In this document: one piece after another, positions 50,110 to 62,098 of the stretch | Layout: each line of letters begins with the position of its first letter | How positions within the stretch are numbered: position 1 is the first letter of the stretch | From: Octopus sinensis | Taxonomy: Eukaryota | Assembly (NCBI RefSeq): GCF_006345805.1 | Contig: NC_043011.1 | Span: forward strand, 53,270,464 to 53,334,463 | Length of the DNA: 64,000 nt | Direction: 5' to 3' | Translations under genes and position numbers: made by a program | The notes under the pieces: generated by a model | The model's database searches: none | Told to the model about the DNA's origin: nothing | The model's input: only the letters and a program-made list of their open reading frames with translations

Positions 50110-51038
50110 CATACATACATACATACATACATACATACATACATACATACATACATACATAGAAATCAACCAACTGACTCGCACGTTACAAATACAATCT
50201 GTAAGCGGAACAGTAAAACTCTGCAAGACGTTTCTCAAGTTTAAAATGTGACATTGTTTTCGTTATCTACACTCCAAAGATGGAGTTTTGTATCTTTGTT
50301 GCAAACCAGCTCCTTCCTCAAAGGAAGAATTTATATAATTAAAAACAGAAAAGAATACACGTATGTGCGTCCATTTGTACATAGATGCATGCACACACAC
50401 ATGCGTGCGTACATATGTACATTTTTAATGTTTCTTTTTATGTTAAATCTTGTTGTGTCTTGGAGAGGTCATTACGCCAATAGTAATGACACACGCACTG
50501 GTTCAATATCACTTCTTTGTTGTTCGTCAACTGGTTAAATATCCAACCTTGTATGTCAAGTCATATATAAATACAATTTGACTTTAAAGTGAAGACTTAC
50601 TCTGTGCGTTTTAGTTGAAAACATGTATATTAAGTTATTTTATGGCAAAAATTGACGGTTATCTAAAAGTTTAACACACACACAAACAAACACACACACA
50701 CACACACATGCCCGCACGCACGCGCACTCATTCACACACATACATATGGGAATGACATTTACTTTGGGGGATGCGAACCCAATTTTTCCGGAGGACGTTC
50801 AAAGCATTTTCATCAACCCCCCAACAAAAAAATAAAATAACAATTTAAAGGGTGCGCTTGCACCCCCTGCACACCCTGTTCTCAAGCCTTTGGACATACA
50901 CATACAGGGTGTCTCATAAAGACGGGACACCTTGCATTTTAAGCGCGAGTAGCCAGAACCTGAATAAATGGATGGGTGAGTTATCAGGATCTTGTAAAAC
51001 GTCAGCTAAAAAGTAATTCCATTATTATGAGATATCCT

Positions 51039-51262
51039 AAAGGTGACGAGCTGGCAGAATCGTTAGCACGCCGGAATAAATGCTTAGCGGCATTTCGTCC
51101 GTCTTTACCTTCTGGGTTCAAATCCCGCCGAGGTCACCTCTACCTTTTATCGTTTCGGGATCGATAAAATAAGTACCAGTTAAGTAGTGAGGTCGATGTA
51201 ATCGACTATGCTCTCTATATGAAAGTTGCTGGCCTTGCGCCAAAATTTGGAACCGTTATTGT
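51039..51262 (+). mobile_element. SINE family B, full copy (tail 2)
   Basis: AAGGTGACGAGCTGGCAGAATCG...GTTGCTGGCCTTGCGCCAAAATTTGGAACC. Confidence 0.8.
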
Positions 51263-51699
51263 AAGACATCCTGTTTATGCGAATGAAAGGAATCCCTAAG
51301 ACCATAATTCAAATGAGAACTCAATACACGTATTGAATAGAGCGGATACACTATTTTTATATAAAAATGACAAAAGGAAGAAAGGAAGGAAGGAAGGACA
51401 GATGTATGCATGCTTGCATACAATTATTGTAAAATGATCAAAGCCAGTTTAAGTACTTCAGTTGTCTCTTTGTCTACAAAGATGAGAAGTCCTGAAAGTA
51501 TGTCAATGCAGTTTCCATCAACCAAATTTCATTACCATGACATTGGTCAAACATGGGATTTAGCAGACGTGCAATGGGATCGATCTGGAAACGAGTGGGT
51601 ACGAAACGAACTTCTTAACCATACAACCACACACGCACCAGCATGCGTGAATGATTACTCACACATACACACACAGAAGAAAGCACATAAATGCAAAAC

Positions 51700-51815
51700 A
51701 AGGTGGAAGAAGATAGTACTCGAATACCAAAGGTAGAGTTATACGCTTTCTATTAAAGCCGAAAAATTATTCACAGTCTCTTACTCAGAGTTTCACACTA
51801 CCGTCCGTCAGACAG
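51700..51815 (-). mobile_element. Penelope-like terminal fragment (same family as 28341-28495)
   Basis: Shared blocks; reverse complement reads CTGACGG-ACG-GTAG-TGT-GAAACTCTGAGTA. Confidence 0.6.
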
Positions 51816-51823
51816 TTGTGATC

Positions 51824-51873
<50 letters not shown>

Positions 51874-51874
51874 T

Positions 51875-51910
<36 letters not shown>

Positions 51911-51913
51911 GAT

Positions 51914-51949
<36 letters not shown>

Positions 51950-51954
51950 AAACA

Positions 51955-52290
51955 GTACTTGGAGAATAAGAACGGAACGAAACGAACGAATCGAATCGAA
52001 TCGACGCGAGGCGCTATCAAACAATAGTGTAATAATAAAATATATGCATACATACATACATATATGTACGTACCTACATCTACATGTATATATACATGCA
52101 TATATAAATATATATACGTGAGTACAGGACACCACAACTAGACGTAGAACTCAACGAGAAACGAAAACGGAAAAACAAGCATGGAACAAACCATTTTTTT
52201 ACAACAGAAAAACAGAGTACAAGACAAACTACACAAGGAAAAATCCCCTTCATCAGCTGTCTCTAGTTCAACTCTAGCGTGTTTCTAAGG
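51955..52290. mobile_element. Dispersed repeat family H copy
   Basis: Aligns with 18290-18560 (TACAGGAC...GAGAAACGAAAAC...CAGAGTACAAGA...CACAAGGAA...CCCCTTC.TCAG). Confidence 0.7.
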
Positions 52291-52334
52291 TATATATATA
52301 TATAATATATATATATGATAGATCGCTAGGCACT

Positions 52335-52505
52335 ACATATTCTTTATTTTCTCTCCTTGTTTCCTTCTGTGTTTCTTTCTGTGGAAGAGCATAGGCTCGA
52401 AACGTTAAAGACTTTTTCACTTCCCGAGTGTTATACTAATACATCTGTTTGTTGTCTACGCCTCCAGTCTTCGTCTTTTGTCTTTTTTGTTTTTGTGAAT
52501 TCTCC
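52335..52505 (+). mobile_element. Penelope-like terminal fragment with a hammerhead-like motif
   Basis: TCTTT-CTGTGGA-A-GAGC-ATAG-GCTC-GAAACGTT-AAAGA at 52374-52411. Confidence 0.55.
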
Positions 52506-52583
52506 TCTCGCTCTCTCTCTCTCTATATATAATATATATATGATATGTGTGTGTGTGTGGTGTGTGTGTATGTATGTATGATG

Positions 52584-52654
<71 letters not shown>

Positions 52655-53814
52655 ACTTTATGAGCTTACTCCGATATATATATATATTATATGGACCCCA
52701 GCCTCTGACTGAAACCAATAAAAGATGGTGTCCATGTGCGTATATGCATATATGCATGTATACAAACACACACACACGTGTACATACATATATATTTTTT
52801 GTGTATATATATGCGAATCTATGTATAATATATATTCATTATATTCTACATACCAACTTTTCGTCCCCCCCCGCCCTTCACTCCCCTACTGTATCATTTT
52901 TTGTATACTTTCATATCTATAGTCACTCAAAAAAAAAAATTGTATTCTTTTTATATAATTTTCATATAATCTCCATATATGTTTTCATACGGTTTTTCTG
53001 TACATTATCAATATATTTCCCATTTATTTTTTTTTTATTTTCATATGTATTTTCAGCGTCTCAGCAGATCTAATTTTTATACTGTGTATTTTTACCATCA
53101 TTGATTAATGTGTCTGCTGACCTTGACTCAATTTATCTTGAGCTCCTTTCGTTTCACACTCTTTTACCTCCAACATAGCCACGTGATGTTATTTTATTTT
53201 ATATTTTATTTTATATTTACTAACTTTCTTCTTCTTCTTCTTCTTCTTCTTCTTCTTCTTCAACAACTTCCAGATTCATTGCTTGCCGAAGTACTTCCTT
53301 ACCGTGACTCTGTGTGTGTGTGTATGTATATATGTATATGTGTGTGTGTATGATTAGGGAATGGAGGAGTGTGGCTTGTTCAACAAAACACAGCAATGCA
53401 AGATGCTAACCCATTCTTGCTAAGATTACAAAAAACAGAAACAAAAACGTTGTTGATAGTAAATGCGTTCGTTTGTATATATCTGTAGCTGGGTAAGTGG
53501 ATGTGTGACTGGAGAAGCGGGTGGATGACGGGGTAGTTTAGCTGGGTAGATAATAGATGATTATACATTTTCTTCAATTATTTACATGGTAGAAAAGAAC
53601 GGTAAAATTTTTATATACAACTGATGTTTTCTTCTGGGAGCGGATGGTGTGGGGTCAGTACACATATCCACCAGACAGAAAATGTGTAACATTTAAATCT
53701 ATTGTATGCCCGTATTTATGTATTATAAACGATGGAGCTGGTTTCTAACAAAGAAACAAAGGCAGCTTTATCACTGCAATTCAGATAACCACGATGATCG
53801 CTGCATATTGAATC

Positions 53815-54237
53815 TCTTTTACTCTCTTTTACTCTTTTACTTGTTTCAGTCATTTGACTACGGCCATGCCGGAGCACCGCCTTTTAGTCGAGCAAATCGA
53901 CCCCGGGACTTATTCTTTGTAAACCCAGTACTTATTTACTATCGGTCTTCTTGTGCCGAACCGCTAAGTGACGGGGACGTAAAACACAACACCAGCATCG
54001 GTTGTCAAGCAATGCTAGGGGGACAAACACAGACACACAAACATATACACACACACCTATATATATATATATACATATATACGACAGGCTTCTTTCAGTT
54101 TCCGTCTACCAAATCCACTCACAAGGCTTTGGTCGGCCCGAGGCTATAGCAGAAGACACTTGCCCAAGATGCCACGCAGTGGGACTGAACCCGGAACCAT
54201 GTGGTTGGTTAGCAAGCTACTTACCACACAGCCATGC
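53815..54237 (-). mobile_element. SINE family A (young subfamily)
   Basis: Full alignment. Confidence 0.9.
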
Positions 54238-54404
54238 ATTTTTTTCTTTTTTACTAAAGTTCGTGTCAGCCGGGCTTTTTCTTTGTTTCAAAATCCTAAC
54301 TTTTCCAAATTCTGGCTTTAGACATTTACCAACGTAATCACGTGTCTCAATGATTAGTGGTATAAAGGTAAATTTAGAATCAGGGTAGAAGAGCTACAGG
54401 TTTC

Positions 54405-54673
54405 GGTACTATTTAAGAAGAGTGGTCCCGGTGCGCGCACTCGCGTGCTCGCGTACTCGCACATCCGCGCTAGCTAGTCGTGACTAGTCGATCCTACAAC
54501 GACTACCTAGCAAAGTAAATAAAACACAAAATAGTTTTTTTGCACAAAGTAAATAATTTTTTTTAAACAAAGTAAATAAAGCACAAAAACGCAAAGTAAG
54601 GATCGGCTAGTCGCGACTAGCTAGCGCGGATGCGCGAGTGCACGCACCGGGACCACTCTTCTTAAATAGTACT
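54405..54673. mobile_element. MITE with long GC-rich TIRs and 8-bp TSD (Merlin-like)
   Basis: CAGGTTTC at 54397-54404 and 54674-54681; TIR GGTACTATTTAAGAAGAGTGGTCCCGGTGCG...GATCCT; internal CAAAGTAAAT repeats. Confidence 0.8.
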
Positions 54674-54754
54674 CAGGTTTCATGGTAGTTGCCCATAAAT
54701 ACTCTTCTTCTCGCCGATTTTGGAAGAGATGTTCATATCTCCAAGGTAGCTAAC

Positions 54755-54993
54755 CTATTCTTTTATTCTTTTACAGGTTTCAGTCATTTGGCTGCGGTCA
54801 TGCTGGAGCACCGCCTTTTGTGGAGCAAGTCGACCCCAGGACATATTCTTTGTAAGCCTAATACTTATTCTATCGGTCTCTTTTGCCGAACAGCTAAGTG
54901 ACGGGGGCGTAAACACACCAGCATTGGTTGTCAAGCGATGGTAGGGGACAAACACAGACACACAAACATACACACACATACACACACACACAC

Positions 54994-55031
<38 letters not shown>

Positions 55032-55183
55032 CGGGCTTCCTTCAGTTTCCGTCTATCAAATCCACTCACAAGGCTTTGGTCGGCCCGAGGTTATAGTAGA
55101 AGACACTTGCCCAAGGTGCCACGCAGTGGGGTGGTTGGTAAGCAAGCTACTTACCACACAGCCACTCCTGCGCAAGGTTTTTT
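54755..55183 (-). mobile_element. SINE family A with a small head deletion
   Basis: Full alignment except for the missing B-box segment near 55130. Confidence 0.85.
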
Positions 55184-55554
55184 TTTTTTTGGCACAATCG
55201 TATGAATTCTCGAGTGTAGAATACAAATTTGCAAAAATTTTCTGAAAATACAAAAAATACAAAAAATACAAAAAAGAAAAAAGCATTATGAGGTGTTATA
55301 TGGCGTGCGTAAACCAGAATTCCGCCAATATTTCATTTGTTTGCAGTCGACAACACGAACAAAATGTCAGCTTCCAAATACTGTTTTCTGACTGGGTGAA
55401 GATTATCAAACTTTAAACCTCTATAATCTTAAAAAAAAAAAAAAAAAAAAAAAATTCTGGAAAAAGTGAAAATATCTCCTGAGATTCAGCTTGGAAAATT
55501 ACATTAATACACCTTTTCAATAAACTTTGAAATATCCACAGGTGCAGCCAAACA

Positions 55555-55893
55555 AAATAAAGATCTGTTATTCTTTGTAAACCTAATGCTTATTCTATCG
55601 GTCTCTTTTACTGAACCGCTACATTTCGGAGACATAAACACACCGACATCAACTGTCAAGCGATGGTGTGGCGGGGGTGGGGGTGGAGGACCAAATCCAC
55701 TCACGAGGATTTGGTTGGCTCGAGGTGCCACGCTGTGGGACTGAACCCGGAACGATGTGGTTGCGAAGCAAGCTTCCTACCACACAGCTACATTGAGGGT
55801 ACACGTGTCTGTGGAGTGCTCAACCACTTGCTCGTTAATTTCACGTTGATCGAATCAGCTTGGAACCCTCGCCGCCGTAAGCGACACGGTGTC
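55555..55893. mobile_element. Degraded SINE-A (-, 55555-55790) abutting a SINE-D tail (+, 55793-55893)
   Basis: GGGTACACGTGTCTGTGGAGTGCTCA...GAACCCTCGCCGCCGTAA matches the family-D tail. Confidence 0.7.
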
Positions 55894-56109
55894 AGTTCTT
55901 TTGTTTTATTTGTGTATTCCTCAGCATATTCCTTCGCTGTGTTTCCTTAACAAATCAGAAGACATATTATGCCCTTGCACATACAGAAAAATAAGGAAAT
56001 TCCTCTGATGTCCTTCAAGGCTGATGGGCCATACTTCATAGCAATCGCTATATAGATCAGTCACAAACTTAGCTTAAATGGCTAGGTTAACTTGAGTATG
56101 GCAAATAAC

Positions 56110-56348
56110 CCAGCGGTGGAGAGCTGGCAGAGACGTTAGCACCTCGGGCGAAAGGCTTAGCGGTATTTCGCCTGTCGTTACGTTCTGAGTTCAAATTCCG
56201 CCGAGGTCGACTTTGCCTTTCATCCTTTCGGGGTCGATAAATTAAGTACCAGTTACGCACTGGGGTCGATGTAATCGACTTAATACCTATGTCTGTCCTT
56301 GTTTGTCCCCTCTATATTTAGCCCCTTGTGGGTCGTAAAGAAATAGGT
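56110..56348 (+). mobile_element. SINE family B, full copy (tail 1)
   Basis: GAGCTGGCAGAGACGTTAGCAC...GAGTTCAAATTCC...TAGCCCCTTGTGGGTCGTAAAGAAATAGG. Confidence 0.9.
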
Positions 56349-56704
56349 ATTAAATATGTGACATGCACAGGCACGCACATGTTAATACAGCGAACGGATG
56401 AGAAAGAAGAGAAAATCTTCAGTACCGGAAATAGGGTACATATAATGAAATCGGTCAGCTGGAACCAAACAAGTTGAAACTTCTGGCTTCAACAAACAGT
56501 TAATGTCTTCAGTCAGGCATTTTTATAACTATAACCCACGGCAAACAATAACATTTGTTGGTTTTTGTTGTTGAATATTCTGTGATGGTGGTGTCGTCTC
56601 AACTTGCTTGAAGTTGGTTAACTGAATCACACACGTACACGCATATATACACGTGTGTGTGTGTGTGTGTATGCCAGCTCTGCATCTGTTGTTTGGTTGC
56701 ATAT

Positions 56705-56901
56705 ATACTCTTTACTCTTTTACTTGTTTCAGCCATTTGACTGCGGCCATGCTGGAGCACCGCCTTTAGTCGAGCAAATCGACCCCGGGACTTATTCTTT
56801 GTAAGCCCAGTACTTTTTGTATCAGTCTCTTTTGCTGAACCGCTAAGTGACGGGGACGTAAACACACCAGCATCGGTTGTCAAGCAATGCTAGGGGGACA
56901 A

Positions 56902-56956
<55 letters not shown>

Positions 56957-57124
56957 ACGACAGGCTTCTTTCAGTTTCCGTCTACCAAATCCACACCAAG
57001 GCATTGGTCGGCCCGGGGCTTTAGACAGAAGAAGACACTTGCCCAAGATGCCACGCAGTGGGACTGAACCCGGAACCATGTGGTTGGTTAGCAAGCTACT
57101 TACCACACAGCCACTCCTGCGCCT
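56705..57124 (-). mobile_element. SINE family A (young subfamily)
   Basis: Full alignment. Confidence 0.9.
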
Positions 57125-57987
57125 ACTGTTGTAATACAATGGTGTGAGGTTGTGTATGTGTGGGGTGAGACGGGATATATCTATGGCGGTGGTCAAGCTT
57201 TTTATCCTTTGTGATTGCCTTTACGTTGTGTTCTTAATTACTCCATTTCTTGCTACTCCACCATCACACCGTAGTCATTCTTTCCCCCCTCTTAAAGCTA
57301 ATTAGTTCGCCTTAAGGAACAGTATCCGGGCATTAAAGACGAGAGCAAATTATCTGAGTGAACAAAAAACAATCAAATCACAAAATTAATGTAGAAACAG
57401 ACGTAAGGTTGTTAAAACCGGAACGAAAAATGGAAGAAAAACAATTAGTTTTGACTCCGTAATCTAAATCAGTTTTCATTTCCTGAGTGTTGGCGAAATG
57501 TGTGAGAGGGTTCTAAAAACACATTTCTCTACCAACTGAAATAACTCTCCAACCATTTTATATATGCCACACACATGACTAAAGATAATTCATTTAATTA
57601 TGTAGTCTGTGTGTGCGAGAGCTGGCGCAGTCGTACTAGTTTTGTTTGACTTTAGCTTTATTTATCTGTGCTTTGTATAAAGACCCGAAGCACACAGTAC
57701 TTTGAGGTAGCTAACCACACACACACATATATATAGATATATATATATATAATACTATACATATATATAGATATATATATAAACCCAGCCGACTTCCTTT
57801 CAATACATTCACTTTAGCTAGCAACTCAAACAATATTATCTAGTAAACCACACACGGTTAAGCTTGCACTTAAAACGTTTTAGGGTTCATCACCGAAAAC
57901 CCTGCCGACTTTACAAATGACTCACGGCTTGAGCTGACTTTTTGACAATTACATCTTTTAACAGCAGATAGTGTATATATAAATATA

Positions 57988-58019
<32 letters not shown>

Positions 58020-58377
58020 GACTAGCCTGCCAACTTGTCAGGCACTCCTTTTACACCATATAAACTTTTAATGTCCTTTGCCTATTACTGCACTATTTCC
58101 TTCAGACAGACAGGGAGAGAGAGAGAGAAAGAGAGTGACATACCAAATTACCTTCCTGACTGAAAAAAAAATATAAAAGCAATCTTCTGCTTGTTTTCTT
58201 TTCATTTTATATTCCCCCCGCTGGCGGGTTATCTTTTCTTTTTGTCTTTCTGACTGATTTTTCTTCGTTATAGTTTTCTTTCATAAATTTTAATTAATTC
58301 CAAACTTATTCTTCATTGATGTATATTTAAAAAGAAAAAGAAAACCAGAGAAATAAATGGATTTTGTTTAGAAAGTA

Positions 58378-58409
58378 AAATAGATAGATAGATAGATAGA
58401 TAAAGGATG

Positions 58410-58458
<49 letters not shown>

Positions 58459-58464
58459 AGGATG

Positions 58465-58511
<47 letters not shown>

Positions 58512-58545
58512 TAGATCATACATACATACATACATACATACACCC
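58378..58545. repeat. (GATA)n with two AAGGATGG interruptions, then (CATA)n
   Basis: Direct inspection. Confidence 0.95.
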
Positions 58546-59842
58546 ACACATTCACATATAGAGATGGAATTTTTAAGTATTTAATAAGAAATTTAGTAAT
58601 GCTCATTGAAGTACGAGGTTGAGCCCGTACAATGAGTGCAGTTTCATGTATGATAATAGACATCTACCAATTACCAGACTGTAATGATGTGACAGTTTCT
58701 TTATAAAAGTGTGTAGCCATATCGTTGTTTCATATACAATAGCGGGTTGCAAACATGGTTACCATTATACAAATTACAATATGGCGGTTATAATACAACA
58801 CTAAGACTTAACACAAAGCAGTAAACATCGAGTTTAGTTCACGAGTTTCAACGACCAAAACGAGCTGAAATTAAAAATTAAAAAACGAATGAAATTATTA
58901 AATACACGATAAATATGAGTGATAAGAAAAAAAAATTATAAATTGCATTATCTTTTCTTTGTTAACTTTCCGTCAAAATCACGATTTTATGATGTCTTCC
59001 ATTTTGATAATCAGGGACAAGATCATGTGATGTCATGATGCGGTTATTTCTGCATATGTATATATTCACATGTGTTCCCTCTCCCAACACAGCACTGTTT
59101 AGTACATTTATCGCTATTTGCCTTTGTTTATGATGTAAACAAAACTGCCACTTGACTACAACATCAAATGTAACTGGCGACTTGATAGTCATGCACTAAA
59201 ACCGAACCATTTAACAAGTGTGTAGTAACAACCAAGCCACCGTTTAATAGAATATAACAGCATGGCAACTATTTAATGCTAACATACTGTCGTTTATCAA
59301 TATGGCTGTCGCTGAACATTTGAAAGAACATTGCTTCTATTTGATAAACTACAGCAAGTTGGCAATGAAATTCAGTTACAATGTAGCTTACTATTCGACA
59401 ATGCCATGGTTACTTGCAAGTTAAAACTGACAATATTACAATTATTCTATAGTGAGTCGTCACAATATGGCTACAATTTGATACACTATAGCAACTTGGT
59501 AGCCAAGTAAAAACTGCAGTTTACAGTAAGGCGGATATTAAATGTTCCACAGTATGTCGCAATATGGCTACTATTATCGTTTCACTTCACTTACGTTGCC
59601 CATATCATTAAGAAAAGTATAAAGTCAACTTCCTCTATAAAGTCTCAATTTTAATGCTTACACGACAAACCATAAAGTCGGCTTCTCTTATTCCTCATGG
59701 CAAAATAATTTATTCCACTTTATGAACGTGGCGTACTACTATTTTGACGAGGCAGAATACGAGTTTCTGCTGTTTCTTATCATGTTGCAGTTACGTTACA
59801 TTTTGCCGTTGTTTTTAGGGCTAATCTAAAGTGAACGAAGAA

Positions 59843-59888
<46 letters not shown>

Positions 59889-59989
59889 GTGTGTGTGGTC
59901 AGGTAGAAATGACTTTTAATGAAAATGAGAACTATAAGTGAAAATCCGGTAAAACTCGAACCCTAGTACCCTAGTTGATGTCTAGGTAT

Positions 59990-60132
59990 ATTGACTTTGC
60001 CTTTCATCCTTTCGGAGTCGATAAATTAAGTACCAGTTACGCACTGGAGTCGATGTAATTGACTTAATACCTATGTCTGTCCTTGTTTGTCCCCTCTGTG
60101 TTTAGCCCCTTGTGGGTAATAAAGAAATAGGT
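59990..60132 (+). mobile_element. SINE family B, 5'-truncated (tail 1)
   Basis: GACTTTGCCTTTCATCCTTTCGGAGTCG...GTGGGTAATAAAGAAATAGG. Confidence 0.85.
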
Positions 60133-60802
60133 ATATTGACAGCTATATTGTATGATTCAGCAGTCATTGAAGGTCATTTCAATTCGCATCTCGGAGATAG
60201 CATCCAGCATTTAGTGATCCAAAGCACGCATGCGTCCTCTCAGACGTTTATATTTTATCAGTCGCGAGGATTCGATCGATCGAACCATCCGCGCTTCTCT
60301 GTTTCTTGTCAAGGTGGGTATATATCATTGGTTGAACATTATTACACTTTGAAAAAACATTGCGGATACAAATTCTCGTCGGGAGTTTAGGTTAACTTAA
60401 CCTTCTGTTCTTCTCGCTCGATGAAATACCAGTGATATAAATATTAAAAAAAAGAAAAAGGAAAAAGAAAGACTACGAAGTTTGTGGTATCTAATTTACA
60501 ATCTACACGCTTATCTCTAGCCAGTCACTATCTTCACTGTGTCTAGCCAGTCAATATCTACAGGCAATGTCCATCTAACCGGTGAGCGTCATCGACAGAC
60601 AGACCGTGATTATCTATTCAGTCAACATCCACAGATGGTGTCTTTCTAGTGTTTATTCAGCTGACATCTACAGTACCTATTTTGCAGACGATAACTGCAG
60701 GCTGTTAATTAATTTATTAGGACATTTTTTTAGCGATTCCTTTTTGACTAGGAACCAGGCCAATCGATTTCTTTCGGTGTGGTGGTGAAGGAAACAAATA
60801 TG

Positions 60803-61218
60803 GGCAATCTTTCGTCTCTAGTAGACCTTTCCGTCGATTTCCGTAAAAAGTTTTTTTTTTTTTACATGTGGGCTTGCGGGAACTTTTGAAGTAATGAGAG
60901 CGAAAGAGACTAAGAGAAAGCGATTGTATGACGAGGGAAGTTCTTTTGAAGTTACCGTGCATGGGAATCATTGATGTGTGTGTGTGTGTTTGATGGGGTG
61001 TGGGAGACAGACAGTATGTTGTGTAAGTGAAGTGCTTCTGTTAGTGTGTGTGAAGAGACAGAGTAATGTGTGAAAGAAAGAGATAACTGAAATTTTTTAC
61101 TCGGTGTATGTGTATATGTATGTATATTACTTCAAAAGTTCCCGCAAGCCCATATGTAAAAAAAAAAAAAATTTTTACGGAAATCGACGGAAAGCTCTAC
61201 TAGAGACGAAAGATCGCC
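60803..61218. mobile_element. MITE with ~92-bp TIRs and imperfect 8-bp TSD (Merlin-like)
   Basis: GGCAATCTTTCGTCTCTAGTAGA...GAAGTAAT mirrors ATTACTTC...TAGAGACGAAAGATCGCC; flanks are CAAATATG and AAAATATG. Confidence 0.8.
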
Positions 61219-61494
61219 AAAATATGATCTATTGTACCAACACAAAGATATCACAGGTACTGAAATCCTGACGCGGTTGCCCTACGTAGAAATTATAAAC
61301 GAATTCTTTCCTCAAATCATATCTCGGGGTCTTAAAATGGTGATGTTATTCCATTAATGGTACATCTTTGATCATACGATTGCTGAATAAGGGGTGCTTA
61401 GACTAGCAGCAGCAACAACAACAACAACAACCATGGTAGTATGTTGAACAATAAAGTCGACCCTGATGCATTTCAGACAAAGAACTTTTTTCGT

Positions 61495-62098
61495 TTGTTT
61501 CAGTCATGTGACTGTGGCCATGCTGGAGCACCGCCGTTAGTCAGAAGGTAAAATGCTTCTTTTATCTTTTACTCGTTTCAATCATTAGACTGCGGCCATA
61601 CTGGGGCAGCGACCCGAGGAATTTTTTAGTCGAATTAATCGACCCCGGTACTTCAGCAATTTTTTCAAAGCCTGACATTCTATCGGTGACTTTTGCCGAA
61701 CCCTTAGTTACGGGGGCGTAAGCACACCAACACCGGACGTCAATACCCCCCCATACACACACTGGACGTCAATACCCACACACACACAAATATATACTAC
61801 TGGCTTCTTTCAGTTTCCGTCTACCAAATCCACTCACAAGGCTTTGGTCGATCCAAGCGATGTTGGGGGACAAACACAGACACACAAACACATACACACA
61901 CATACACACACACACATACATATATATATACATATATACGACGGGCTTCTTTCAGTTTCCTTCTACCAAATCCACTCACAAGGTTTTTGTTGGACCGAGG
62001 CTATAGTAGAAGACACTTGCCCAAGGTGCCATGCAGTGGGACTCAACCCAGAACCATGTGGTTGGTAAGCAAGCTGCTTACCACACAGCCATGCCTGC
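61495..62098 (-). mobile_element. SINE family A composite with an internal partial duplication
   Basis: Two tails (61495, 61570); CTTCTTTCAGTTTCC.TCTACCAAATCCACTCACAAGG occurs twice (~61804, ~61946). Confidence 0.8.

Noticed and set aside
50740-50930. MITE-like and mariner-like terminal words (GCACCCCCTGCACACCC; TACAGGGTGTC)
   Set aside because: No matching opposite ends.
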